64,000 nucleotides of DNA from Sulfuritalea sp. (lineage in GTDB: Bacteria > Pseudomonadota > Gammaproteobacteria > Burkholderiales > Rhodocyclaceae). The stretch lies in contig JALHPU010000001.1 of NCBI GenBank assembly GCA_022842325.1, positions 144,934-208,933 of the forward strand, written 5' to 3'. The translations under genes were made by a program, and so were the position numbers. Position 1 is the first letter of the stretch. Each line of letters starts with the position of its first letter. The notes under the pieces were generated by a model. It had not been told where the DNA came from. It saw only the letters and a list, made by a program, of their open reading frames with translations, and made no database searches. This document shows, one piece after another, positions 27,465 through 36,763 of this stretch.

Positions 27465-29195
27465 GTGGATCAAGTCAATACCCTGCTGCTGCTTTCGGGC
27501 GTCCTGCTGTTTCTCGGCGTGCTGGCCAGTACGCTGTCAGCGCGCCTCGGCCTTCCCTTCCTGCTGATCTTTCTTGTCGTCGGCATGCTGGCCGGCGAAG
27601 ATGGTCCAGGGGGCATCCGCTTCGACGATTTCGGGGTCTCGTTTTTTGTCGGCAATCTGGCGCTGGCGATCATCCTGCTCGATGGCGGCCTGCGCACGCG
27701 TATCTCTACCTTTCGCGTCGCGCTCTGGCCGGCGACGGCACTCGCCACCTGGGGCGTGATCGCCACCGCCGCACTGCTGGGGGCCTTCTGCACCTGGCTG
27801 CTCGGCGTGGACTGGCGCTATGGACTACTGATGGGGTCCATCGTCGGGTCGACCGATTCCGCCGCCGTCTTCAACCTTTTGCGCCACAGCGGCGTACGCC
27901 TTAACGAGCGGGTCGGCGCTACGCTGGAAATCGAATCCGGTGCCAATGATCCGATGGCCATCTTGCTGGTTACGGTGCTGGTGGGCATCATCGCCGGCAC
28001 CGGCGTGACCACGCCGGAGGGTGTGCTTCTGCAACTGATAACGCAGTTCGTGATCGGCGCCGCGCTCGGCATCGGCGCTGGGCGCTTGCTCGCCGAGTTG
28101 CTGCGGCGCGTGCGCCTGGCCGAGGGGCTTTCCGCCTTGTTAATCGTCTCGGGCGGGCTGACGGTATTCGCCGCCACCAACCAACTGGGCGGCAGCGGCT
28201 TCCTTGCCATTTATCTTGCCGGTGTGATCGTTGGCAACCGGCGCACGCGCGCCACCTCGCACGTGCTGAAGGTAATGGACGGCATGGCCTGGCTGGCGCA
28301 GGCCGGCATGTTCCTGCTGCTCGGCCTGCTGGTGACGCCTTCCCACCTGGTCAATTATTTCTGGGAGTCGCTCGCCGTCGCGCTGTTTCTGACCTTCGTC
28401 GCGCGGCCGCTGGTGGTTGCCGTGACACTGAAGCCTTTCCACTTTCCCAATCGAGAAATCGCCTATATCTCCTGGGTCGGCCTGCGTGGCGCGGTGCCCA
28501 TCGTGCTGGCCGTGTTTCCAGTCATGGCGGGCATTCCGGAGTCGCGCCTGCTGTTCGACGTCACCTTTGCCGTGGTGCTGTTTTCGCTGCTGGTGCAAGG
28601 CGCTACAGTGCCGTGGGCCGCGCGCCGACTTGACGTGGAAGTTCCACATAGCGCCGAACCGCTCGAATCGAAGGAAGTATGGATCGGACGGGAAACCGTG
28701 CTGGCGCTGGTCGCCTTCCGTGTCGAGACGCAGTCGCTGGCCATCGGCATGTTGCCAAGCTCGCTCACAGATCTGCGCGGTCGGCCCATGCGGTGTGCGG
28801 CCCTTGTGCGTCAGGGGCGTCCCCTGCTCGCGCCCAGTGCGACGGCGCTCAAGGTCGACGATGTTGTCTGGCTGCTGGCTTCGCCCGAACAGGTTGACAA
28901 CCTCACCGCGCTATTTAGTCGCCAAGAACAAAGCGGCCACCTCGCGGTGCGCAACTTCTTCGGCGAATTCGTGCTCGACGCCGACTCATCGGCGGCCGCA
29001 CTTGCTGCGACCTATGGCTTGGAACTCGACGCTGCCGAATCTGAGGGCAGCATTGGCGAACTGTTGGCGAAACGACTGGGGCGTCGCCCGGTGGTTGGTG
29101 ACCGCGTCGGGATTGGGAGCATGGAACTCACGGTGCGTGCGGTAAGCGGCAACCGTGTTGCCTCCGTAGGTCTCAAGATGTCGAAGAGTCACTAA
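27465..29195 (+). CDS. nhaP2: K+/H+ antiporter NhaP2/CvrA family (CPA1) with C-terminal TrkA-C domain
   Basis: 12 TM helices, conserved IESGANDPMAI motif, C-terminal RCK_C domain; GTG start. Confidence 0.8.
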   Translation: MDQVNTLLLLSGVLLFLGVLASTLSARLGLPFLLIFLVVGMLAGEDGPGGIRFDDFGVSFFVGNLALAIILLDGGLRTRISTFRVALWPATALATWGVIATAALLGAFCTWLLGVDWRYGLLMGSIVGSTDSAAVFNLLRHSGVRLNERVGATLEIESGANDPMAILLVTVLVGIIAGTGVTTPEGVLLQLITQFVIGAALGIGAGRLLAELLRRVRLAEGLSALLIVSGGLTVFAATNQLGGSGFLAIYLAGVIVGNRRTRATSHVLKVMDGMAWLAQAGMFLLLGLLVTPSHLVNYFWESLAVALFLTFVARPLVVAVTLKPFHFPNREIAYISWVGLRGAVPIVLAVFPVMAGIPESRLLFDVTFAVVLFSLLVQGATVPWAARRLDVEVPHSAEPLESKEVWIGRETVLALVAFRVETQSLAIGMLPSSLTDLRGRPMRCAALVRQGRPLLAPSATALKVDDVVWLLASPEQVDNLTALFSRQEQSGHLAVRNFFGEFVLDADSSAAALAATYGLELDAAESEGSIGELLAKRLGRRPVVGDRVGIGSMELTVRAVSGNRVASVGLKMSKSH

Positions 29196-29409
29196 ATTGT
29201 TGGGTTGCATTGATCGAGATTGCGAAACCCTTGCACGTCCCTTCACCATAGCGATGGCGGTATGACTGTCTGTGCATCGAGCAAAAACAACCGACCGCTT
29301 CCAGGAAGTGAAATCGCACAGGCCGCTTTTCGGCAATGAATTGTGGAAGGCGACGGTCGCATCGGTGCCCTTAGCAGACGTAGGCGATTTGAGAAAGCGG
29401 ACGCTCAGG

Positions 29410-29494
29410 AACGTAGAGGTGACCGGCGCAGCGCGGCTTTATCGCGCAGCGCCCAGCGACCGAAGGGGGCGAGGTTGAGCGTAGGGGGTTAGAC
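29410..29494. repeat. attC-like palindromic repeat, copy A; the i1 stop codon lies inside its GTTAGAC end
   Basis: AACGTAGAGGTGACC...GCGCAGCGCGGCTTTATCGCGCAGCGC...GGGGGTTAGAC. Confidence 0.55.
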
Positions 29495-29839
29495 ATCGGT
29501 AAATGCAAAGCACCGGTCAAAATTCATTTTGGCTAGCACTACCCTGGCTTCCTTCATTTCACCCTTGTTCACAGAGCCGACATCGAGAACGTAGCGCCGT
29601 ACGGTTGTTTGAATTTGAACTTCGATGCCACTCCAGCGCACAGAGAGAAGCATCTCCGGTTCGGAAAAGCTCGAAGCCTCAGTTCTAACGGAAACACCCC
29701 GTTCTTCCTCAGGAATCAGAGACTCATACTTCGGAGTGCGAAGCAACGTAAGACTTGTACTCGAATGCTCTCCAAGACCGAACGAAACGACCAGATCGTC
29801 TGCGTCGTCAATGGTGATGAAAGGAACGTAGGTACTCAT
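29489..29839 (-). CDS. Hypothetical 116-aa protein (island ORF i1)
   Basis: ATG sits 3 nt beyond the GTTTAAC end of repeat B; low-GC codon usage. Confidence 0.5.
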   Translation of the reverse strand: MSTYVPFITIDDADDLVVSFGLGEHSSTSLTLLRTPKYESLIPEEERGVSVRTEASSFSEPEMLLSVRWSGIEVQIQTTVRRYVLDVGSVNKGEMKEARVVLAKMNFDRCFAFTDV

Positions 29840-29842
29840 GAT

Positions 29843-29908
29843 GTTTAACGTGGAGATAAGCCACCTGCGCGGCCTTTCGCGCAGGTCGCCTCGAACGCAG
29901 GGTTAGAT
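29843..29908. repeat. attC-like palindromic repeat, copy B
   Basis: GTTTAACGTGGAGATAAGCC...CTGCGCGGCCTTTCGCGCAG...GGGTTAGAT. Confidence 0.55.
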
Positions 29909-29926
29909 TCCGGCGCTGCCATGGCC

Positions 29927-30811
29927 TTAATGACGGATCGTTTCATCTTGCGGAACAATACTTCCGACGTACTCGCCTTGCCGCCAGTAGCCCTCGTGGA
30001 CAACTTGTGAATCAGCGTCGAAATAGGTGCCCGGGCCGTCAAAAGAACCTCTCGAGAAGTTGCCTTTATACCAATCTCCGTTCACGTAACTCAACCGCCC
30101 TTGTCCAGAAAACTCCCCTCTACTGAAATCACCGACATATAGCTCGCCATTGGCACGCTTCAATTGGCCATGCCCGTGAAAGAAGCCGTACTCAAAAGTA
30201 CCCTCGTAGATGTCTCCGAGGGCGTTGATATGGCGTCCTTGCCCATGCCAAAGCCCCCCTTTGAATTCGCCGTCGTAGCGATCGGCGTTTGGAAATAATG
30301 CAGTCGCGACTCCCTGACAAACGCCTGAGTCAAAGTTTCCAGAAAGAACCGTCCCGTCTCTGTAAGTCCATGTTCCGCGGCCATGAACTGCTCCACGGAA
30401 GAAATCGCCCTCGTACCTATCTCCCGCCGCAGTAACCACGACGCCCTTTCCATCACAGTAGTCGTTCTTGAACTCCCCTTCATAGACTTGGCCAGTTTCC
30501 GACCATATTTTCCCCGCGCCATGGTATTGGCCGTTCCGAAAATCGCCTTCGTAATGGCTGCCAGAAGCGAAGGTATACGAGCCCTTTCCGGTTCTTGCGC
30601 CGTTCGTCATTGCGCCAAGATATACATCCCCAGAAGCAAATGTGGTCTTCCCTGATCCATGCATCAGTCCATTTAGGAATGTACCCTCATACACCGTACC
30701 GTCAGGCCATCGGAGAACACCACGGCCGTTAAATAGGCCGTTGGCAACTTCGCCCACGTATATCGAGCCATCCGGCAAAAGTGCTTCCTGTTCGGGTTGT
30801 GAGAAAGTCAT
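29927..30811 (-). CDS. MORN-repeat protein (about 12 repeats, cytoplasmic)
   Basis: Reiterated YxGxxxxGxxHGxG units (YEGEFKNDYCDGKGV, YEGDFRNGQYHGAGK and others). Confidence 0.8.
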   Translation of the reverse strand: MTFSQPEQEALLPDGSIYVGEVANGLFNGRGVLRWPDGTVYEGTFLNGLMHGSGKTTFASGDVYLGAMTNGARTGKGSYTFASGSHYEGDFRNGQYHGAGKIWSETGQVYEGEFKNDYCDGKGVVVTAAGDRYEGDFFRGAVHGRGTWTYRDGTVLSGNFDSGVCQGVATALFPNADRYDGEFKGGLWHGQGRHINALGDIYEGTFEYGFFHGHGQLKRANGELYVGDFSRGEFSGQGRLSYVNGDWYKGNFSRGSFDGPGTYFDADSQVVHEGYWRQGEYVGSIVPQDETIRH

Positions 30812-30836
30812 CGTATGGCGGAACAGAGGAATCTAA

Positions 30837-30910
30837 ACGTGGAGATGGCCGGCGCTGCGCGGCCTCATCGCGCATTTCTTCTTCGGGTGAGAGGCAGCGC
30901 ATTTTTAACC
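30837..30910. repeat. attC-like palindromic repeat, copy C (immediately upstream of the MORN gene start)
   Basis: AACGTGGAGATGGCCGGCGCTGCGCGGCCTCATCGCGCA... Confidence 0.5.
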
Positions 30911-31069
30911 CCTTCTCCGAAGATCGTTACATTATTTTCAGTCACATGGTATTTTTACGGTCAGTATGACAACTCCTATATGCCTGACACCTGTGGATAG
31001 TTTTCCGAATGCGGGAGTACGGGGACGAGTGTCCGCGCAGGGGTAGCAATCATTTAGGTCCGCCTTTGG

Positions 31070-31175
31070 CCGGTCAAAGTAGTCATCAAGTTCCCCCAGG
31101 CGAAGCACCCGCCGCCCGTGTTGAATGTCCAGATTTACGGCGAGCAAATTGACACCTGCACTGCCCCGACTCGGC
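31070..31175. repeat. Copy 2 of the about 105-bp direct repeat (see 27131-27235)
   Basis: CCGGTCAAAGTAGTCATC...TGAATGTCCAGATTTACGGCGAGCAAATTGAC...GACTCGGC. Confidence 0.6.
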
Positions 31176-31306
31176 CATCAAAAGACATTTCCCCAAAGAT
31201 CTGAATTAGCGCTTCAGGCGCAACGACCATTCGGATAAGCCTAAAACGGTGGATAAAGCGACCGCCACGATCCATGCGGCGACATTCGAGGTATCGGTGA
31301 GCGTGC

Positions 31307-32695
31307 TCATTTTCCGCTGCCGGCTACCGCAGTTATTTTGTTCAGCAAACTCTTGCCCTCATCGGTCTGAGCCAAGGCCGTCAGCATGCCAGAAATGTTG
31401 GTTCCACCCTGAGGCGTGAACATGTCACCAAGCTTGACGACGCCCCCTTGGATGTCACCGGCATTGGCGATGACTTTCAATTCGGCGCTTTGCATGGCTT
31501 TCGCCATCTCGATACCCACATCCTTGCCAGCCTTGACCTGTTCGATAGTCACCAAATACTTCTGGTAGCCCTCGTTGCTGCCGATTTCCTTGGCCAGCGT
31601 GATCTGCGTTTCAACAGGCGCCAACAGCATCGCCTTCTCGGCAGCCGCGTGGGCTTCACCCTTGGCCTTGATGCCTTCCGCTTCTTTTAGTGACGCCGCC
31701 AGATCACCTTCCGCTTTGACAGTCATTGACCGGCTGTCCGCCTCGGCCCCGACAACCAGCGCCTGCCGGTCGGCTTCGGCATTCACGATCTTGACCTGCT
31801 TGTTTTGCTCCGCCAACACTATGGCGACTTCTTTGCCAATCTCGGCTGCCCGCACCTTTTCAACTTGACTGACCGACATGTTGCGTTCGGCGGTGGTTTT
31901 GGCTTCCACCTGAATCTGTTGGCGCGACTGCTCGTTGGCAATGCCAACTACCTGGTCCTTCTGCGCCGTCCTTAGCCCCACCTGTTGCTCGGCGTCTTGG
32001 CGTTGTACTTCAACCGTACGCTTGGCATCGATCTCTGCCATCTCGGCTGCCTGATGATTGCTAGCGACGGCGATCCGACTTTCCTTCTCGATACGGGACT
32101 TCTCTTTCTCCATGATATTGGCGATCACTTGCCCTTTGCTCGAATCACGGATATCCATGAACTCAATGGTCTTGACTGGAAGCACTCCCCACTCCGCGAT
32201 CTGGTTCTTTACTTCCATCGTGAATTGGTTACCAAGGTCGGAACGCGACTGAAGAATGATCTCAAGAGGATTGGTCGCAAGGATGCGGCGAACAGCGCCC
32301 TGTAGCACTGATGTCAGTTGGCTCTGAAGTTCGCCAAACGATGCCACACGCTGTGCCGCGGTCTCCGCCAACTCAACACGAAAGAATGCCGAGACATCGA
32401 CCGTGAAAGGCAGCCGTGCCTGATCGTAGGCTTCGTACGCATCGAGGTTGATCTGAAATATAGACTCCGGGAACTCGATGATCGACACGCCAAGACTGGG
32501 CACGCGCGTCGGCCAGGCGTAGTAAGAATTGCCGGAAGCTTTGCCGCGCCCGTAGGGTGTGGTACTGGACGACGACTGGACAATGTGCACCATGTTGGTA
32601 GGCACCACCCGACGCAACATCATGGCAACGAGGAAACCCGCAAATGCCAGTGCGAGGACTAGTAAAAGCAACAACGGAACAAGAAATTCAAACAT
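31307..32695 (-). CDS. Flotillin-like SPFH/band-7 domain protein (YqiK/FloT-like)
   Basis: N-terminal TM, SPFH domain, long Ala/Glu/Gln-rich coiled-coil flotillin region. Confidence 0.8.
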   Translation of the reverse strand: MFEFLVPLLLLLVLALAFAGFLVAMMLRRVVPTNMVHIVQSSSSTTPYGRGKASGNSYYAWPTRVPSLGVSIIEFPESIFQINLDAYEAYDQARLPFTVDVSAFFRVELAETAAQRVASFGELQSQLTSVLQGAVRRILATNPLEIILQSRSDLGNQFTMEVKNQIAEWGVLPVKTIEFMDIRDSSKGQVIANIMEKEKSRIEKESRIAVASNHQAAEMAEIDAKRTVEVQRQDAEQQVGLRTAQKDQVVGIANEQSRQQIQVEAKTTAERNMSVSQVEKVRAAEIGKEVAIVLAEQNKQVKIVNAEADRQALVVGAEADSRSMTVKAEGDLAASLKEAEGIKAKGEAHAAAEKAMLLAPVETQITLAKEIGSNEGYQKYLVTIEQVKAGKDVGIEMAKAMQSAELKVIANAGDIQGGVVKLGDMFTPQGGTNISGMLTALAQTDEGKSLLNKITAVAGSGK

Positions 32696-33205
32696 AGGAT
32701 CGGCCTTACGAAAGTAAATGGAATGAGGAATACGTCAGAAGACTTCGTGCCCAATGGGCGGGAATTGTTCTGGACATTCAGTCCCAAAGTCCAATGGCGA
32801 AAACAAACCTCTAAAGGATAGAAAATACAGTGGGCATTCAGGAAGTATGGCTGATGCCGTATGCCGCAGTCAATCGTCGATTCCACACGGAGAAGCATCT
32901 GAATCCGCCGAAATGCCTTCCGCAGTGGCCCGCGCGCTGGGGCAATGCGCGGTGATGGAACGGCAGCAATGAGTCAAGCACTTCGGCAATTAGACGTTTA
33001 TCTTCCATGCTATCTGGGAAGTGCTTTGCCGCGACTGAAATGGGCGTCGGGGGGGGCTGTGGTTGGTGTGGCCGGCGCGGACAAAAAGGCAGCCCCGCAC
33101 TTAGCGCAATCTGACGCACCCAATGAGACCATTAAGTGGCAGTTCGGACAGATCATGAGGCTCAACGTGCTAGCGCAGAGGTGCGAAGCCGGCTTCCGCT
33201 TGCAC

Positions 33206-34060
33206 CTAGTTAACTCGTATCTCTTCTATGAGGAAACCAAAGAGAGAACTTCTCCCTGCAACTGTGATCGAGTCGCCGATTTTTGGAGTACGGCCAATGA
33301 CTCGCCCTTCAATACAAATTTTTACATCAATTCCTTCAATACTAATTTTCGCCGTTTGGTCGCATTTCATGCTTCTGCGTGGTTCGCGCATCACCTCCAC
33401 TGACACTACTTTCGCTGCTTTAGGCGCTGAACGAGTTCCGATTGCCCAACCTGCCAATGCCGACCATCCCAACGGCGAGAAGATCACCATAGCTGACGAC
33501 ATAACGACAACCAGCGGAAACATAAGCAGCCATCGCACCAGCCAAGTAGGGTATCGGTAAGCCAGGGTGCGTTGTTTCCGTTCAAGTCGAAACCACATGA
33601 TCGCGAATGCCGGCAATAGAACAGCAAACAGATATGGCAATGCGACGCGGTATTGGTTGGTGTACGAAAAGACAAAATTTTCCCCAACGGTGAACTCAAG
33701 AGGAACGCTTAGGAAGGCGAACAACGCAAGCACTAATGCTGTTTTCTGCCACACACCAGGACGCGGAGTCGTTGGATGCTGCGTTTTGATTTCAGCAATA
33801 CTATCGGCTACCTCCTTGTCCAAACGGTCCGAGATCGACTGTAACCGGGCCTCTATGCGCTTTGTGGCGTCCGCGTCGAGTTTTCCTTGGCGCTCAAGTT
33901 CCGATCCTTCTCGAAAGACAGCCTCCATTTCGGCAGATGCACGCTTAAAGGCTGCATTTGCGTTCCCATCCAAGTCATTAAGTGGTTTGTCCGGCAGACG
34001 AGCCTGGCAATCTTGGACTGGGACTTGGTTACTCATTTTGGAGACGCCAAACGTAAACAT
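33206..34060 (-). CDS. Hypothetical membrane protein (island ORF i4); coiled-coil N-terminus, about 4 TM helices, C-terminal beta-rich domain
   Basis: ORF with TM segments; alternative start at MSNQ (34036). Confidence 0.45.
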   Translation of the reverse strand: MFTFGVSKMSNQVPVQDCQARLPDKPLNDLDGNANAAFKRASAEMEAVFREGSELERQGKLDADATKRIEARLQSISDRLDKEVADSIAEIKTQHPTTPRPGVWQKTALVLALFAFLSVPLEFTVGENFVFSYTNQYRVALPYLFAVLLPAFAIMWFRLERKQRTLAYRYPTWLVRWLLMFPLVVVMSSAMVIFSPLGWSALAGWAIGTRSAPKAAKVVSVEVMREPRRSMKCDQTAKISIEGIDVKICIEGRVIGRTPKIGDSITVAGRSSLFGFLIEEIRVN

Positions 34061-34108
34061 GATCTGCGCTTCGCGGCATCGTCGCGTAGCATCCGGGGGA
34101 ATGATTCG

Positions 34109-34534
34109 TTATGCCTTTGTAGCGACAAGATAGACCCAGCCACCAGCAGGCTCACGCTTTACAGTGGCCTGCGAACGAGGAAGGCACCGCGGCTGAAGTT
34201 TCGAGAAGTCACCCTTGTTTCTTGGGTGCTCCGTATATGCAACGACTTGTTGTTTCTGAACGAAGACAAGCACGTTAATTCCATCGCTTCCAGCAATTGA
34301 TGTTTTTGATTCTGCGTCCCACCTGAAGCCCAGAACCTGTTCGGCAGTTTGGTTGGTTGTGTACGGCGACAACACACAAACACGCTCCCACGACGCTGGC
34401 CCGACGAGTGACAAATCAATCGGGGCAGTCTTGCTGGCCTCAAATTGCATTGCGATCTGCTTACTTATGGGCGAGCTACCACTGGAACACCCTAATAACA
34501 AAATCAGTGGCAAGACGAGCGAAGTTAGTCTCAT
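34109..34534 (-). CDS. Lipoprotein (island ORF i5, 141 aa)
   Basis: Signal peptide with LLGC lipobox. Confidence 0.5.
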   Translation of the reverse strand: MRLTSLVLPLILLLGCSSGSSPISKQIAMQFEASKTAPIDLSLVGPASWERVCVLSPYTTNQTAEQVLGFRWDAESKTSIAGSDGINVLVFVQKQQVVAYTEHPRNKGDFSKLQPRCLPRSQATVKREPAGGWVYLVATKA

Positions 34535-34613
34535 AGGGCAGAATTAATTCACAGGCCAGCGAGGATTTTTAGCGCTGGTCCGGTGGAATGATGGGCTACG
34601 CCGAAACCTGGTA

Positions 34614-35519
34614 TCAGTTCTTAGTCGTCCTATGCCTCTCGAAGTAGCTAATAAGACCTTCCAGTTCTTGATCAGATAATGCCCGAGGAGTGCTATAGCC
34701 AAGTGTCGGGAACGGGCCTAGGTAGACGAATACTGCTTCAAATGACCATGACTGGCGATGTCTTTTACAGGTGAATGAACACGTACTCCATCTATCACCA
34801 ATCCTTCCCATATGTGCATATAGGCGGGCGCAGAAGTAGTGAAGTGCCAAGGAAGGCTCGATTCGTTCCGCGGAACCACCGTCACCGTTAATTTGGCATC
34901 GAATTGAAATCCCATCGCAGTCGACAACTAGTTCGGCGCCACGCCAAGATTGTGGGAGCGCAGCAACTAATTCACAGATCAACGGCTGGATAGTTGTTTC
35001 GTAGTCAGAAGCTCGACTAACAATACGATGATCTGAACTCTTATTGCGCCATATTGGAAGAGGATTGATAGTTCTCGGCTGGCTGCGCTCCTTTAGCGCT
35101 TCAACGAGGGAAACAGCCTGCCACTCACGGCGCGAAAACAGATTTCGAACACTCCTACGTTTTACCAATACAAACACCCCAGACATGAAAACTACCAAGC
35201 CAATCAGGACCACCAACATCGAAATTGAAGAAATTCGAGCCGCTGACTGCACGCTTACGATAGAAATGGCAATAGCCACCATGCCAAGGCCAGCCACTAC
35301 GGCAGTTCTGCCCCCACGTTGTAAGCCTGAAGCCTTCCTGCGGTCATAACTTTCAATGGCAGAATCAAGGCGATCAGAAGTCGCCATGCTTCTTATCATT
35401 TCGTCAACCGCAGCTAACATTTCTTGCTTTTCAGGGTTATCCGGAAGTGCGTGGAGTTCTTTACGGAAAGATTCGGTCTCCACGAGCATGTGTTCGCTTT
35501 GAAAGGGTTTAGTGTTCAT
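34614..35519 (-). CDS. Hypothetical membrane protein with Cys-rich C-terminal domain (island ORF i6, about 301 aa)
   Basis: Start at MNTKPFQ (ATG 35519), immediately 3' of repeat D; the longer ORF 34614..35630 reads into the repeat. Confidence 0.45.
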   Translation of the reverse strand: MNTKPFQSEHMLVETESFRKELHALPDNPEKQEMLAAVDEMIRSMATSDRLDSAIESYDRRKASGLQRGGRTAVVAGLGMVAIAISIVSVQSAARISSISMLVVLIGLVVFMSGVFVLVKRRSVRNLFSRREWQAVSLVEALKERSQPRTINPLPIWRNKSSDHRIVSRASDYETTIQPLICELVAALPQSWRGAELVVDCDGISIRCQINGDGGSAERIEPSLALHYFCARLYAHMGRIGDRWSTCSFTCKRHRQSWSFEAVFVYLGPFPTLGYSTPRALSDQELEGLISYFERHRTTKN

Positions 35520-35528
35520 TGGGAGATG

Positions 35529-35644
35529 ACTGTGGAGATATACCAAAGGCAACACAGGGCTTACCGTGAGGCGACCGGCGCTGCGCGGCTTCATCGCGCA
35601 GCGTCCAGAGATCGAAGCGAACGGGACCAACCGCAGGGTTAGCC
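35529..35644. repeat. attC-like palindromic repeat, copy D; the i7 stop codon lies inside its GTTAGCC end
   Basis: ACTGTGGAGATATACC...GCTGCGCGGCTTCATCGCGCAGC...CAGGGTTAGCC. Confidence 0.55.
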
Positions 35645-36088
35645 ATCGGATTTGACGGAGACATATTCAACCTTGACGTCTCGACGGAGAGGCTCGGCTT
35701 TGAAAAGGCGGACGAGCGGATGATGCTCAATACGCAAGTGATGGTCAGAAACCCAACTTACGGCGATAGCTGGCCCACCACTTGGACCAGCGGGGGCTTT
35801 GCCGTGATCGCGGTCTGCGACGAAGATGTTTCCTCCTTCATTAGGGAGCGAGTCAGTACCCCTGAGAATGGAAACCTGAGTTGAAAAATCCGTGGTGGCG
35901 CCACAGTCGCGACTGAAAACAACAGCATTGATTTGGCCACCGGGAGCGCCAGACTCAGCAAGGATGGAATTTCCGCAGAGATCCGGAACGAGAAGCGAGA
36001 ATGCGGTGACGGCCAAAGCAACAAGGCCAGCGACAACACCCGCGATAACGCCACGTACCTTCAACCAATAAAAGAGCCGCGGGTTCAT
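35639..36088 (-). CDS. Hypothetical membrane-anchored protein (island ORF i7, 149 aa)
   Basis: N-terminal TM helix; ORF bounded by repeats D and E. Confidence 0.45.
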   Translation of the reverse strand: MNPRLFYWLKVRGVIAGVVAGLVALAVTAFSLLVPDLCGNSILAESGAPGGQINAVVFSRDCGATTDFSTQVSILRGTDSLPNEGGNIFVADRDHGKAPAGPSGGPAIAVSWVSDHHLRIEHHPLVRLFKAEPLRRDVKVEYVSVKSDG

Positions 36089-36241
36089 GTCAGATGGCTA
36101 ACGAAGCTGTAGAAAAAGTCTTTTCATAGTCGCATCGTGCCGCGAACCAAATGGAATATCAATACTCGAAGCATGAGTTATTGCGCAGATGTAATCATGG
36201 CCCGCTACAAACACATCAATAACGTAGAGCTGACGATGCCG

Positions 36242-36763
36242 TCAACGTGAAGTGGACCGGTTCTGCGCGGCTTCATCACGCGACACCTGGTGGCTTGATA
36301 GCGCAGAGGGGAATTGAGTTCCGTCATGCCACAGGCGTCGCGCAACATAGAGAAATGCCAAGCCTAATGGTAAGAAGGCAATCAGCAAGCCGCGACTTGC
36401 GGCAACGTAAGCTGAAATTGAATCAACTGGTAATGACTGACCCATTTCTTTCTGATTGAATCGAATTTCAATCGTACTTCCTAAATAGATGTCTGGCCGT
36501 ATCGGTGCCTGGGCGGTACCGAGATTCAAATTGCCCTTTGAGTCGGTGTAGTTGTACCGGATAAGTGAGTAGCGAGTATCACGGACAAAACAATAGAACG
36601 AAGGCAATCTAACGTCGGTCCGTTCAGTGACTCGGCCATATGCTGTTTCCCAGTTGTATGCATCGGAACTTTGCCGATAATCAGACACGGCTCCGGGTAC
36701 CGATACGAATAAACCCAAAGCCATCAAGGCAGCGAGTATCGCAACTACGCGTTCAGCGTTCAT
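36242..36763 (-). CDS. Hypothetical protein with N- and C-terminal TM helices (island ORF i8); the true 3' end may lie upstream of repeat E
   Basis: ORF with TM segments; C-terminal codons run through the repeat. Confidence 0.4.
   Translation of the reverse strand: MNAERVVAILAALMALGLFVSVPGAVSDYRQSSDAYNWETAYGRVTERTDVRLPSFYCFVRDTRYSLIRYNYTDSKGNLNLGTAQAPIRPDIYLGSTIEIRFNQKEMGQSLPVDSISAYVAASRGLLIAFLPLGLAFLYVARRLWHDGTQFPSALSSHQVSRDEAAQNRSTSR
36244..36310. repeat. attC-like repeat, copy E (degenerate; overlaps the 3' end of ORF i8)
   Basis: AACGTGAAGTGGACC...CTGCGCGGCTTCATCACGCGAC...AGCGCAGAGGGG. Confidence 0.4.

Noticed and set aside
29426-29452. Central GC hairpins of the island repeats as Rho-independent terminators
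   Set aside because: No U-tract follows the stems on the transcribed strand, and next-gene start codons follow within 3-12 nt, which is inconsistent with termination
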